From positions 434,001 to 498,000 of the forward strand of contig CAJFCJ010000010.1 of NCBI GenBank assembly GCA_904063045.1: a DNA stretch of 64,000 nt, written 5' to 3'. How positions within the stretch are numbered: position 1 is the stretch's first letter; every line of letters begins with the position of its first letter. The notes under the pieces were generated by a model that made no database searches, was not told the DNA's origin, and saw only the letters and a list, made by a program, of their open reading frames with translations. The position numbers were made by a program, and so were the translations under genes. This document shows positions 40,901 to 54,675 of this stretch, piece after piece. The stretch comes from Dimorphilus gyrociliatus (taxonomy: Eukaryota; Animalia; Annelida).

Positions 40901-42146
40901 ACAACAATTGTGATGAACAACGAAGAACTGTAAAGCCAAATGGTACATAAGACGAACAATGCGCCCATACAGCCGTATTTTAAATCGATCTTCAAGTGCT
41001 CCGTGAACAAGGCTTCTTTTACGCCGAATCTGCATTGAGATTATTAAAGGGATATGATTCAGACTTGTTTGTTTTCTTTTCTCAAAGTTTCTTATTAATT
41101 ACACTTGCTTTTATGTTTTAATTATAACAATTATTTTGTTTATATAGTAATAAACATGTCAAGTCAAATTTTTTTAAATAATTACTTATCAATAATACTA
41201 TTAGATATAAAGATATTGTAACGGATCTGAATCACGTCCCTAGCAGCAACTAATTCAGCATGTTCATCTCTCATATTTAAAAAGTCGACAGAGTCCCAGA
41301 AGGGTAAGGCAGTTTCTGAGCTAGCACTTATTGGTAAAAAGGATGCGATATAGCTTACATCCTTACGGCGACCAAAACTTCCGTCGATTAGAAACTGAAC
41401 AACTTCATCATACCCATTACAGTTTCCGCTACTATTCGAGCATCTCTTGATAGCCGATAAGAAAATTTTAAGATTTCTATTATTTATCGAACTACAATTG
41501 TTGTCAGCAGCTAAAATTGATGTCACAGAACGAATTGGGCAGCAGGAACAGTTGGCCGATGTTTCGCAGTCTTTACGAAATATCGTGGAAGCAGTTGCAC
41601 TTTTTTCAAATCGGCAGACACTTTTAACGAAGGATAGAATAGATGAGGAACGCCTATACCAAATTAGTCTTACATATCGATGGGCCGATTCTAAAACAGA
41701 AGATGATTAATTACACAGATGTAAGCCACCTACTCTAATTTATTGTACTAGTATTGTTTCAAAGAATTTTCATTAAATTAGTCCTATTAAAAATGGTTAA
41801 GAAAGGACTATAGTCTTCATCATGAAAACGAGATGATTCCACTGTTAGAAGTATTACTTTAAAAAAAAACCTCTTAAAATGAAAGATGAGAGTGAAGTGA
41901 TGAAAAACGAGAGTAAAAAAGAATCTTGGCAAAAAAAAATTGTAATCTTTCAACAGTCACAACACTAGAAAAATAAAATAAGGATCAACATTTTTTCCCT
42001 TTTTTTCTCTCTTTTTTCTACTTTGTTAACACTTCAAGCCTACGTTATAATTACTTATCAAACAAACAAATTACGATCTATCGTATGTTAAACAATATTG
42101 ACTATTTTTACGTAGTTTAAGGTAAACTAAACGAAGAAAGAAAATG

Positions 42147-42181
<35 letters not shown>

Positions 42182-45100
42182 TAGACAGAGATAAAGAATT
42201 AGAGAGGGAGAGAAAGATGTAAGGATAAAAAAAAAGAAAAAAAAGGGAATTTTGTTGTTCCATCTTAGAAACCTCATTAGTAATTACTCTAAAAGTATTT
42301 TTTACCGTGGAATAAGGTTGAAGAAGTTTATTCTATCATTTCTTCTTGATACTATTGTGCATTTATAGGTCTCTTATACTTGTGTTTTAAACCGGATACT
42401 CTTTATTTAATATAGAATATATATTAATTTTGCTTAGTATGTCCAGCAACTATTAAATGATCAATAAATTGTGCACACTGTCTATACAGCATATACAACT
42501 GTATATTAAAGTCTGCTTTTTTTTCTCTTTTCATTGATTATTATTTTCTTATAAAAATGCTTCGTCGATGGAAAATGGAGTAGTTTTAATTAATGGTATC
42601 TTTAGTGCGAAGTAGGAGGGAGCGATAATCGATTATTAATAAAATCAACGTATTGTAAATTGTGGAAACGTATGGAATAGTTTAGAACTTGTAAGAAACG
42701 TTTGGTATTTGCTGTTGAGTCAATAAAGTTACTAAAACGAATAATTGACTGGCACCAGTTCAATAGTTAATTTTCGTTCTAAAAGGAATTAATCCTCCTA
42801 TCAAAGTTTTTTATTAAACCAATCAAGGTTCAATTATCCTTTACACGAGACAGATGTGTTTACTTCTTATTTTTTCTCCCAAGTTGATCTGGTTCGTAGT
42901 TCACTGCCACAGGTAGTCAATTTATGGGACAACATCAGCTTATATTACCTTTTACAGCTATCTTTTTGATGAAAATGGTATGAAATAGAGAGAGAAAAAT
43001 GTTTATAACGGATGCTTAGGATGGAACGTTAATGAGATTAGACGCCTTTAGTGTATGGGAAATCGCGTCTAATATATAATTAACGCGAAGCAAACTGTGA
43101 AATATATATTGCTACACCGGGTCGAGTGCAAAGGTGTCACGTAAATCTTTCTTGCTTTCCTTAAACAAAACTCTCCACTAAACCTTGGTCAAATGTCTTT
43201 TCAATGGAATTAATTTACATAATTAGTAGAATCATACACTTTTACATTTTTTTTTAACTTTTCCTTTCCTTAAGATACTTTTATAAATGCTCTAATGGTG
43301 CATAATAGAATTTAGAGTACAGTCCAGTTGCTTCTGGTTTTTGCCCACAGACGTCAGGTGTCAAGTCACACATATCGGTCAACTTTTAATAGCTTTTCAT
43401 CCATTGACAAGCCTTCATTTAAAAAAAATTTTTTTCTCGCTAGACCTTTTAAAATACTGGCAATCAAAATTTTTATCGAAAGTTGAGATTTTCCATGTTG
43501 AATGACGTTTTCTATTGATTAAGGTTTCTTACGAATAAGTTAAATTTACAAAATATAGAAAAAAAACGACAACAAAATTGGGGCAAACGTTGAAATATGT
43601 CACTACTAAGTGATAAACTAGAAAATATTGAATTTTTTCAACAATCTATATAATATAGGAATTTCATTTCTCAACGTATATAATTTTTATCTATCCAAAG
43701 AAACGCTTTTTTAAGGCAAGCGTATCAGTTGAATGTACTGTCGATTACACGACCTGAGCAATACATGCATGAAGCAACGGAGTGTCTATGGAAACCGGAC
43801 CTAAGCCTTATATTTACCATAATATATATATGTATATATATTCCTCGAATTATGATTGATTAAAAATGTAATTTGAGTTTTTAAAGGAGAACATAAAACT
43901 TTTGAAAAATTCGTGATTTGTTCAGTGCGATTACTAAACCTTTCAATAATTTTGCAACTTTATCACGAAACTATTAAAGAAATTAAAAGAGGTATCTATA
44001 AGAAGTTTTTAAATAGAAGTCATTGATCTGAAAATGTATCTACACCGCATTTATCTTGACTTTACATTTTGAAAATGATACTCCAAGTTTCCTTACCTGG
44101 ATTAAGCCCCTGGCAAACTCCTGCGCATTTAGGCCTTTCAAATTTGACACTATTATCCTCATCGTCGTATGTGATATTCGTATCGGATGGTGAAATTTTG
44201 CGACGGCGTCTATTACCATCTTTTGTCGCCTCCAGTAAGTCTAGTAATGTCGTATCGCGCCTGGCCCACTCAGTATTTCGAGTCTCGAATCCCTTAATTT
44301 GGTTGTTCGTGAGTGAAATTAAAAAGAAAGAAATAACAGAAAGTAAATAAATAAGAGCATAAAGCTGCTATTTTTTTTTTAAAAAGAGAGACATTTTTAA
44401 TCTTTATAGGCCTAGCATAGAGAAAATTTTCTACCTCGCTTGCCTCCCCTAGTCGCGGTGCTTTTCCGCTAAGTAAAACGGAGACGCAGGCGGCTAGTGT
44501 CACCGCTAAAACGATTAAAACTATCACCAAAGGACGCCTGGACAGAAAACGGCAGTATCTGCAAATAAAATAATTTTTTTATCAATTATTTATGACGATA
44601 TATATATATTTATATGTTGCTTGTTAAAAAAGTTCGAAGATTGTTGTATAATACAGAAGATAATTCTCAAATACGTCAGAGGGCGTGGTTTTATTCCCTG
44701 TAACTATCTTTATCGTCATTTACCATCCTTATAATACTTGATAAGTACGGTATAATCTTTCTATAACTTTTTATTATTAATTTCTTAATAAATTTCAATT
44801 TTAATGAACGGTAGATTATTTACACCTCTCTTTTTACCGTCATAAATAAAACCGAAATTTTATCCAGATATAATCCAGCAGGGGGTGTAGTTTACAATTG
44901 CCTATAAACTTCGTTTTACTGGAGACCCATTACATCTATACTTAACGTACTCTCATGAACAGAATATGTGTGCATATGATATCTATAATACTCGTATACA
45001 TTTACAGTATATCTAATTTTGTATAGATCGACAAAAAGATCTATTTACCGACAGTTTTTCTGACGTAAGTAGTTACATAGCCCATACATTATTAATAATA

Positions 45101-45265
45101 ATCTTTAACCTCTTAAAGGTGAGCAATAACATCTACCGTTTTTTTTTCCTTTAGTTATAAATTGACGATCAATTATTAATTATTTATAGAAAGATATTTA
45201 TCGGAAAAGCCAAGATAGGCCTAAAAACTCCAAAGTACCAAAACCCAAACCTACCTTTTAAACAT
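37947..45265 (-). CDS. disp: Protein dispatched homolog (RND/sterol-sensing family), 6 coding exons
   Basis: MFKR|YCRFLSRRPLVIVL, GFETRNTE, FGVKEALFTEHL, sterol-sensing domain FFPFVNILTGVLLLAVGVDDAFV, HPLEAYD, PIWIVWGV and VLSVGLCVDG. Exons are about 45265-45255, 44548-44435, 44292-44096, 41691-41240, 41029-40391 and 39444-37947. The last two junctions need non-GT donors. Confidence 0.92.
39445..40390 (-). other. Inferred non-canonical GA-AG intron (946 nt) of dispatched with a long-range terminal stem
   Basis: Only a phase-2 junction restores RYFWI-C-LLFLL. The intron starts GAACGTGATTC and ends CTCATACAG. 40397-40375 pairs with 39480-39458 (22 of 23 positions, counting G-U). Confidence 0.7.
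41030..41239 (-). other. Inferred non-canonical GG-AG intron (210 nt) of dispatched with a terminal stem
   Basis: A phase-2 junction gives ELVAA-R-FGVK. The intron starts GGACGTGATTC and ends CTCAATGCAG. 41241-41225 pairs with 41064-41048 (16 of 17 positions, counting G-U). Confidence 0.7.
42147..42188. repeat. (AGAC)n tetranucleotide microsatellite in a dispatched intron
   Basis: About 9-10 AGAC units. Confidence 0.95.
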
Positions 45266-45745
45266 GGCAACATTCCAAAATAGGTGTGTTTGCTATTTTC
45301 TCATTGTATAAACAAAAAAAAAGGATTCTTATCGGCCTTCCTAAACGGCAGTTCACATTGATCTACCGTATTGCTCTCTTTCGAGGCTCAATGACGCCAC
45401 CTAGGCTAGTTAAAAAAACGTTTATTCTTATACTTAAGTTCCCTTTTCTATGTAACGATAATCGAAGACGTTTAATTCCCCCTGGCAATTATTTTAATGC
45501 GTTCGCGAAAATGACTAATCGTTTACTTTTTCGTGTGTAACTTTTATTAGTTTATTTGTACCTTTCAGAGATACGACGTTTTTCTTATACCAGTATAAAT
45601 TATATTGAAAAACAAATATAATTCTATTTACTCTATTCTGGAGAAGTTGATTAATGAAAGAAGATAGAGAAAGAGAGAAAGGTTAGGGAGAAGAGGAATG
45701 ATGTAAAAAACAAAAAAAAACACAAAAACAAGAATCAAAACATTT

Positions 45746-45749
<4 letters not shown>

Positions 45750-45780
<31 letters not shown>
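45750..45780. repeat. (AG)n microsatellite
   Basis: About 15 AG units. Confidence 0.95.
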
Positions 45781-45782
<2 letters not shown>

Positions 45783-46920
45783 TTCAAGTAGACGGACAAC
45801 GGATGGCATGAAAGAAATAATATGCATACATATAATATTCTTATTATTTCTTAGAGATGCTCTGAGAAGAACACATGTCAAGAAATATATTTATATCATT
45901 ATACAGAATAAATATAATTTGAGATGTAGATATATATTTCTTCATTTTTTTTTAAATTATCTTTTATTTTTTTTAGCATGAATGTTTAATTATATTTCTT
46001 TTTGAAGTACTCATTTATAAGACCATAAAAGAACCTTAATGGAGTACTTGGAATAATATTTAAATATACCTTTCAATGTATATATTGTAATTAAATCTAT
46101 TTTATGCGTTTATAATGAGTAAATAAAGGAGTCTTTCGGAAAGTTCAATCCGTTTACAAAGACAATTTCATGACTTTCATCATTACATGACTTTTGTAAT
46201 ACATACTAATACTATGTATGTGTATATATATCCAGAATATATTTAAATATGCTTCATTTATTAGTAAAATTAGCACATACACGTACTGTAAATATGTGTA
46301 CATTACGAATGGTATATATCAATGCTTCCAATATACATATTTAGATGGCACATGTGTATATCTCATTATTTGATAATATTGGAATAAGAAATTGACATAG
46401 CAAATATATACGTAAATACTTATGCATATAACGCATTAAACTTAATTTATATACTTTTCAAAGAAAGTAAACTCATCCGAAAAACGAAAATAAAGCAAAA
46501 TTTGTACTTTACACTAACGCCATCTTTCGTTAAGTTTGTTCATAAATAAAAAAACAAAAAATTATTAACATTTAAAAAGACTATGATATTTTTAATTATC
46601 TTGACGAAAGACCAAAGAAAATAAAATCAATTTTCGTTCAATATCGCGTATTATTATAAAAGTAAAGGTTTAAAAGATATAGGCTAAAAATAAAATAAAA
46701 AATTATTATTAGCAACTTATAGCTTAGTTTATCTTTTCCTCTTGCTTTTATTCAAGTTGAATTGTAATTAATATATTCACTTTCATTAAATAATTGAATT
46801 CTTTAAAAAATATCCATTTTAAATAATATTTACAGCTATAATATTGATTTCTGCAGGAATATATATACAGTATATATATATATATATTATATACATATAA
46901 AAATTTATATATACTGTATT

Positions 46921-46957
<37 letters not shown>

Positions 46958-47027
46958 CCTAATCTGTTATGAGATGCTGGAATAAAGCAAAAATGGTTAC
47001 CAATATAGAAAAGGTAACAATGACTAG

Positions 47028-49709
47028 TCACCTTTGCTGCTGCATTTCACTTAGATATTTCAAAACACTTTGTATAAATCGTAGTCTTTGTGTTAAATTG
47101 TTCTTTTCTAGCAAATTAATCTTATATTGCTCTTCTAAAGGTAAGCTAGATATTAGCCACCATAGCCATATTGGGCCATCTTTTTCTTTAATCTCATCCT
47201 CTGTCAGACCTGGACTTGGAATATCGCCATTTTGCTGTGATATTTTGGAGCGTCGACTTTCACTCAAAGTTGCTAACCATTCTCTGCTCTGCTCTAATAC
47301 TTGATCGTGCAAATTCATTGTGTCTTGACGTTCAGCCTCGGGTATCGGCTCATCCTCTAGAATTCTAACGTTAGCAACATTGTAACCGTCAACGTATGAT
47401 CTATCCAATACTGTAAATCTTTTGGATCCTTGAGTTATAATTAGACTCCTTCCATCTGGTAAATACGTAACATCTTCAATGTACATTAGAGTTCCTATAT
47501 TCGCATACGAGTTATCAGACATTGGTCTAACCATACCGAAAGTTCTAGAACCATTTTCTATACACCTTCGAACCATAAGACGGTATCGAGGCTCAAAAAT
47601 GTGAAGTGGACAACGTACACCTGGAAAAGTAACAACGCATACAAATATGGGGACTTTCATCTCTCGGTCGCTGATTCCTGAAACGCACAGACTTTCGGTT
47701 AATAACTCGGAGTAGTGTTCGGAATATTGTTGAGGATAGAAATGCTTTACAATCAATTCGAAAATTTTATCGGTAGAGAATAGCCTATGCTTAAGCATTT
47801 GAACCAGTGAACTTTTGCATAGAGGACAATTGGGAGAGTGATCCAGAGATCTTTTGAGACATTCTTTACAAAACGTATGACCGCAAACAGTGGTAGACGG
47901 CTCAAACAACATCCTCCAACACAAAGAACAGTTAATTTCTTCCATCGGAAGTTGAGCGTCGTCTAACTTCCTTTTTATGTTGTCGATTGAATCCTCTGGA
48001 TCATGAATATGAGTTCTCTGTCGAATCATGGACGACTTTGCAACATTCGCCCTTAATGCTTCTTCCGGCGTAGAAGTTTTGATAAACTGGAACATTCGTT
48101 GAGAGATAGTTTCTCTTAAATCAGGGTTATCAGGATTTAAAGATAGACCAGTCATATATGATCTTATTGCTTCTTCAGTGTAGCCTAATTGTATAAGAAT
48201 CTCACCAAGATGGTAGTGAGCCTGAAGAAAATTTCCAAATATATAAAAATAATAAATTTTAGAAGCAAAACTTTTTAAAAAATTAAAATTATGAATATAT
48301 GAATAATTAATTAGCAAATTAAATTAACAAATATCATATAGTAGGGTAGAAGTAAAAAAAAAAGAGAAAAGAAAAAACTATAACACTTACTCTCCCTAGT
48401 GGAGAGTTTCGTAAAATATATTACTGTAATAATTAATAGAACTAGAATGCGTATTAGAGAAGGTAATAAGTGGAATTTGTAATAATGAGTCAATCTCCTT
48501 TTAGTGGTAATAATTTGTAATAAATAACCGTTTTTTCTATTAATATAACTTTAAACAATTGTTAAATTTCGATAAAAAATATAAAACAATCTAACCTAGT
48601 ATACTACTCAATTATATAGATATATATATACCTTAACTTTTCATTAATGGGCTAAATAGTAGTATACATTGACTATGTGTCCTTGAAATAGAAAACACGC
48701 TGGCAATGGTTTTATATATTATCGTTGAGTATGTCCTAGTTTCGAGTTCAACAAATAGGTCTCACTGGTAACATTATTTATTGTTATTTTCATTATCAAT
48801 ATCAGCCTATATCTTCCTTCTGATTTCTTTATTACTCATGTACATAGTTATTATAAAAAAAAATGGATAAGAAACCTAAATAAGAATAAAGAAACAATGA
48901 TAACTTGAGTGAGACCTACTTTTAAATAATGAATGTGTGTAGAATTAGAATGTTTTCTCTATAGTTTATTTACCTTAATCCAATTTGGCTTAAGATTAAT
49001 AACTCTTTCGGCATCTTTCAACGCCGAATCTCCTCGTCCATTTTCCATGTGTAATCGACTTCTCATTGACAAATAAATATGCTTTTCAAGTCCTTAACAG
49101 TGATAATTTACGAGTTATTTAATAATAATAATAACGATAATGTATAGATTATGTTTAAAGACTTTTTTTCTTACCTAATTTAAGCGACTCTTCTATAATC
49201 TCCAGACATTCATTATACATCTTATTAACTAGAAGGGCTTCAACTCTTTTCCTTCTATCCAATATATCTTTATATTCTGGTATCCATCCTCTTATTAACT
49301 TGTTTAAGAGAACATTTAAATTTCTATTAAAGTCTGGAGTAACAACATTTTGACAAATGTTACAGTTAACTATTCCTGATAAACAACTATTGCAGAAAGT
49401 ATGACCACAATCTACTGTAACAGGATCTATTAGGAGTCCATAACAGATCTCACAAGTTAACGTAGAAAATAGATCATTTGAAATTTGTTGAGCCATCTTG
49501 AGGTTTTCAACTAGACAGTCGATAAGCTTGGATAAATTTGAAGGTTTGAATTCTTTATGTTTGGAAGCTCGAAGGTATACTAAATAAGCTGATCCTAAGT
49601 CGCCATCGCTGGCCAAGTCGTCGGCCTTTAAAATCAATTGTTCAAAATTTTCATTTGTTTCAGGTTGTGAGTCTGTTAGCGTCGCAGTTTCAAATACGTT
49701 TCTCTCCAT
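47028..49709 (-). CDS. LONRF: LON peptidase N-terminal domain and RING finger protein (3 exons)
   Basis: RING1 CEICYGLLIDPVTVDCGHTFCNSC, TPR-like repeats (SALKDAERVINLKPNWIK|AHYHLG), RING2 CSLCWRMLFEPSTTVCGHTFCKEC and LON domain (PGVRCPLHIFEPRYRLMVRRC). Confidence 0.94.
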
Positions 49710-52645
49710 TCTTACCAAAATCAACTCGGTGGATAAGCGACCCGATTGTTAGGCAGAGTTTATTACTCAAGCTATGTATTTTGTTGTCGTCTGCTTTAAT
49801 CTGCCTTGACCTTGAAGAGATTTTAATTAAAAAATATAGATGGCGTTATAGTCTTTCTCACGTAATTAAAAATCAATTAAAACAGCCTTTGTTTAATAGG
49901 AAATAGCTTAATAATCAAATAGAATATTATAATAAACTATAGATTACAGATTGATTTTAGCCATACTAAAAAAGGGAGTTTTCTTATAAAGAGAAAAAAT
50001 CCTTTAATTTAGTTAAAAAGGTTACAATATCAATTTCCTATATATTAATATTATGAGCACAATACAAAACAGTATTTGTTAATAACTACAGATATATACG
50101 ATAACAAAACGGAAACAAAATCAAGATGGACTGAAAAATGAAATTGTTTAACGTATTTCTTAAGTTTCTACATTTATTGTCTATAGAATATAAGCACTTG
50201 TTTAAGTGCAATTACACATATACGCTATATACATTATGTATGAATTAAATATACTGTATATCTACAAAACGTAAAACATTATACATATATACACATATGC
50301 ATATACAGTATATATATATATATATATATATTTGAAGATGTATGTTTATCTTCTCATTTATATAATAATGAATAGTACATTTGAACTTTTCAATACTAAA
50401 TCAGTTAATATATGCAAACTCTTGTAATTTATCAGCTCAAATTGTCAAGAAAATAAATTCCTCCTAGTATTTTATAGTTGACACAGATACAGTGTTTACC
50501 TTGGAGGAATATGTAGGTTTATATATGTATACTGTATATACTGCGCATAATATCTACTATATATTTGTATATATAAATTAAACATACATCTATGTATATA
50601 TAATAATAATATAGTGTGGATACATTTGTATTTCCTCTTCCTATTCATCTCTTCTTTCTGATTAAATTGAATACTGTTCCTTATCAGTTACAAAAAAAAA
50701 CTAGTTTAATCAATCCTTTTTTATTCTGTCAACAATTACTTCTATGAAAGGACAAGTAAAATAAACCTTGCATTCTAGTAGTGTAATTTATCATACATTC
50801 CTATAATGGACTTTTATTTATATATTGCTCAAGTTACATAATTTTCTACATCTATTCAAATAACGAGTACACTATACAAAAAAATCTATAAGTACTTAAA
50901 CGAAATGAGCAAGTATTAATATTCAGCTAACCGTAACGTTAATTTTTCATTAAGCTAAACACTAACTAACTCTTTTCCATCTTAATTGGAACGATTATCG
51001 TGTTTCTCTTCAGTCTCATTGAGACCGTTGAAAGCAACTATTAAATTTCATTATAAATGATTGAAACTTTGGAAAAGAATTTTAAATAAATCGAATCTTT
51101 CTCTTCCTCTCTCTTTCTTTTTGTCTCTTTTTTTTTTTAAAAAAAACAAAAGCACCATATAAAAGGACAATTTTTTTTATTACGAGGCCAAAGAATACGA
51201 TTTAATGATATAAGTAAATAGAACTACGACATTTTTTATGATATTGAAGTATGCCAGGTGAAAATCTAGGTGTTACAAGATTTTAAAAGAAAGAAACTTC
51301 ATTTTCAAAGTTTTGACATAACATCAACTAGATTAATCTTACAGAGGATATTCAATGACTTTCCTATAAAATTGCTACAGTTACATAAACTATTCTACAA
51401 CGAGGAATTATAAATTTTAGATAATTTTATAATTTTTCCTATAAAAACCTCTATATGAAGCAAACAGCAAAAGTAAAAGAGTATAAGACTAAGAGTTATA
51501 TAATTATAAGCGTACGAATGTTGTAATAATGGAACTGCTGCGTTGTAATTTCTTCACTTAAGAAGCGAAGAATAAGTGAAAAATAATCTATATGAAATTC
51601 TTATTGTATACTCTCTTTTTTAATCATGCTCACAATTTTTATCTTCATCCCTCATAAATAAGTAATTTTATAAGATAAACCATTAGAAATACGTTCAAGT
51701 AGGTAAAGTACGAAAATAAAAATGGAAAATAATTCTATCTTATTAATTCTATAAGCTTTTGAATTTATAAAGAATTTTACTAAAAATACAAAAAACAAGC
51801 AAACATTTGAATTAACTAAGATTAGCATTAACTAAAGAGTATTTATTCCTCTATAGATATATAGTCTATATATCTATATATAAATAAACAAAATGAAAAT
51901 GATGAATATTAAAAAAGGAAAACAAAATATCCTTATTAAACTTACTTTACGTCTATTATAATTTGATTAAGATTTCCTATTTCACATAAAATTTCTTATA
52001 ATAGATGTGAAGCCCTTTTTTAGTGTTCTTTTTTTTTTTATTCTATTTGTTTTCTTCTGTTTTCGTGACTTTTTTTTTATTTATTTAGTTCCTCTTTCTA
52101 AATATAATCTATTTTTTTCCTTAGTAATCTAATAATCACTCGCAGAAAGAGATTACGATAATCTGACTCTAAAAAAATTATTTAATTCCCTTTACTCCTC
52201 CTCTCCTCCCAGTCTCACTATATCTCTATCTGTCTTTGTAAATAAATATATAAATATGTATATATATATCCCTATTTTCTGATATACAGTATATATATTA
52301 ATATATATATACTGTATATATATACAGGATATATGCAGTATAAAATATACTTGCATATATCCCACCCAATCGCCCTTCTTTTATTACACTCTTTCTCTTG
52401 CTTTTCTCAGTGAAAAGCTTTACTTTTAGTCGCCTTACAAAGAGCATGTCGTAAATCTAAATAAACGTATTTAATGCAACAACGATAACAGAGATTTGAG
52501 AACTTTCAAAGTGTGTTTTTTTTTTGGTTGATGTAATAAGTAAATAGATTAAGAGACATCGCTAATAGAAGTAGAAAGAACAATATTGCCAATGTTTAGC
52601 TTATGCACTCTATAAACACAGTATGTACAGTATACGCATATATAC

Positions 52646-52690
<45 letters not shown>

Positions 52691-53763
52691 CGTATATAAG
52701 CAGTATACGGTATATATAGTATATATTAATATATATATATAAACAAAGAATTGCCTTTTTCCAACTTTTCAACTATAAAATTGTGAATTGTTTATAAGAA
52801 ATATAAATGGCATACTTGGGAGCTAATATGGGAAGGGAATGAAGGAGCCTAGGGAAAAATTAAACTAATAGACAGTAGATGGCGTCGTCTATAGTTATTT
52901 CTCGCGGGACGCTTTTGGCTTTACATTAGACGTTTGAAGCCGAGAAATAATAATCGTAACAGTTCCATTGAGAAGTAAAATTGATAAAAACAAGATGAAA
53001 AAGAACTTAATATATGTCCACTTTTTTCTTACATTTATGCGTACTCGTTGGTGTTTTCCAATCTAATTTGCAATTCAACACGTAAATTCCGCCGTCAGCG
53101 TCTTGCATAAAATTGAACGGAAGATGAGGAGGAAAAACAAAATATTCACATTCCTCACAGATTAATTAAAATCAGGGTAAAATTAGAATCTAATTAGATT
53201 CAGTTCGAGATTCTCTAATTCTATTCGGCATTCGTCTTTCAATTGAAGTTTTAATGAGAATAATGAATTGATAAAAAGTAGAAAGGGGAGAAGGCAAGGG
53301 TATGGTTGAAAGAGAAGACGGAGACCGCCAGATGGAGCCTGTTGGTCAAATTCTGCACGGCGATTAAATGTCGTATAAACATGCGGCTAGAATTTCTCGG
53401 CTTTAAAATTAGACTGAAAATTACTTTACAAAGACGAGATAAGAGGAAAATTTCAGTTCAAGGCAATAAAATTTATAAAATTCGAGAAGAGCACTGTCTC
53501 GATAAGAAAAAATGGCATAAACTCCTTTTTTATCTATCAATGTACACTTGAGATGGATCAGAAACGATTTTATGGTATATTGACGAGATAGTGAAGCTAG
53601 TCTAAATCTATTTATCTTTCTTACTTTGTCTGATGGACAAGAATAACGTTTCGTTCTCCGATTTATAAATATCGATACAAAAAAGCGTTTAGTTAAAGAT
53701 TTATTCATCAACTTATCTTTATATATAAGTATATATATATATATATGTAAGTATATATATATT

Positions 53764-53795
<32 letters not shown>

Positions 53796-54199
53796 TATAT
53801 ACTACAACTATACATGTGTATAGGTGTTTCAATTTAAACAAAAAGCCATTGAATAGAAGGTAAGTCATATCTTTTTCAATTGAAATGATACTCTTTAATT
53901 ACTCATGCTAAGAATACTATATTTCATCTTGAAGCTTTTTTTTTATTAAAAAATAATATACGTGTTAAAATATCATAAATAAATGAACAGATCTTATTAT
54001 GAGCGCAATTTCAGTATATCTGTGCAAGTACGTTCAATTTCTAAATACTGCTCTTACAAGTAATTTATATACATATGTAATTTCTACCCATAATAGACAC
54101 GTTCGTCGTTTCAACTTGCGCAAGACGTTACATAATCGACGGACGCGAGTAGGACGATTATTGCGTAAGAGTATTGTGAATGTTAATTAGCGTAAATAC

Positions 54200-54675
54200 G
54201 GGGCGTCGTTTAAAAACGTTAAAAAGTTGACGTACAAGGAGATAGACGCCCGCCGTAGAATCGTTTGTCCGTTTCCTTCGGGACTGTAAAGCTAACGAAA
54301 CATAGCAAATAGACGCTTCTTTCGGAGAGAGCGTCTACTAAGAGCGTCCCGCGCGTAAATATATTTTTTTTCGCGTACCCCACGATCAGTAAGAACAAAG
54401 ACACCGCACGCGCGAAATTATTCTATAACGCCCTTTAACCTGGGCAACGCACACCTGACTAGACTGGCTACCTCACATCTACCTCTAGAGGGTACCCTAC
54501 AAACGGCGCGTGACCGAGACCTTTACGAAGCGACTTCATTGGCTGAGAGGATATACGCTCCGCCTCCTCTTAGTCCGCAGTCATCATCTTGATATTGTCT
54601 AAGTGTTCATCAGTCGCCCGTTCATTTCTCTCTCGTCTCTCACTGTGAATGGGACGTTTTTAAACGACAAACCAG
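54200..54675 (+). promoter_or_regulatory. CpG-richer probable promoter and non-coding first exon of prospero
   Basis: Local rise in GC/CpG content ending in a strong donor CAG|GTATGT at about 54676. Acceptor-like AGs lie just upstream of ATG 55736. Confidence 0.4.

Noticed and set aside
40381-41235. Canonical GTGATT donors at 41235 and 40386 for the two dispatched introns
   Set aside because: Both are phase 0 while the acceptors need phase 2. Using them frameshifts the conserved sterol-sensing and TM exons.
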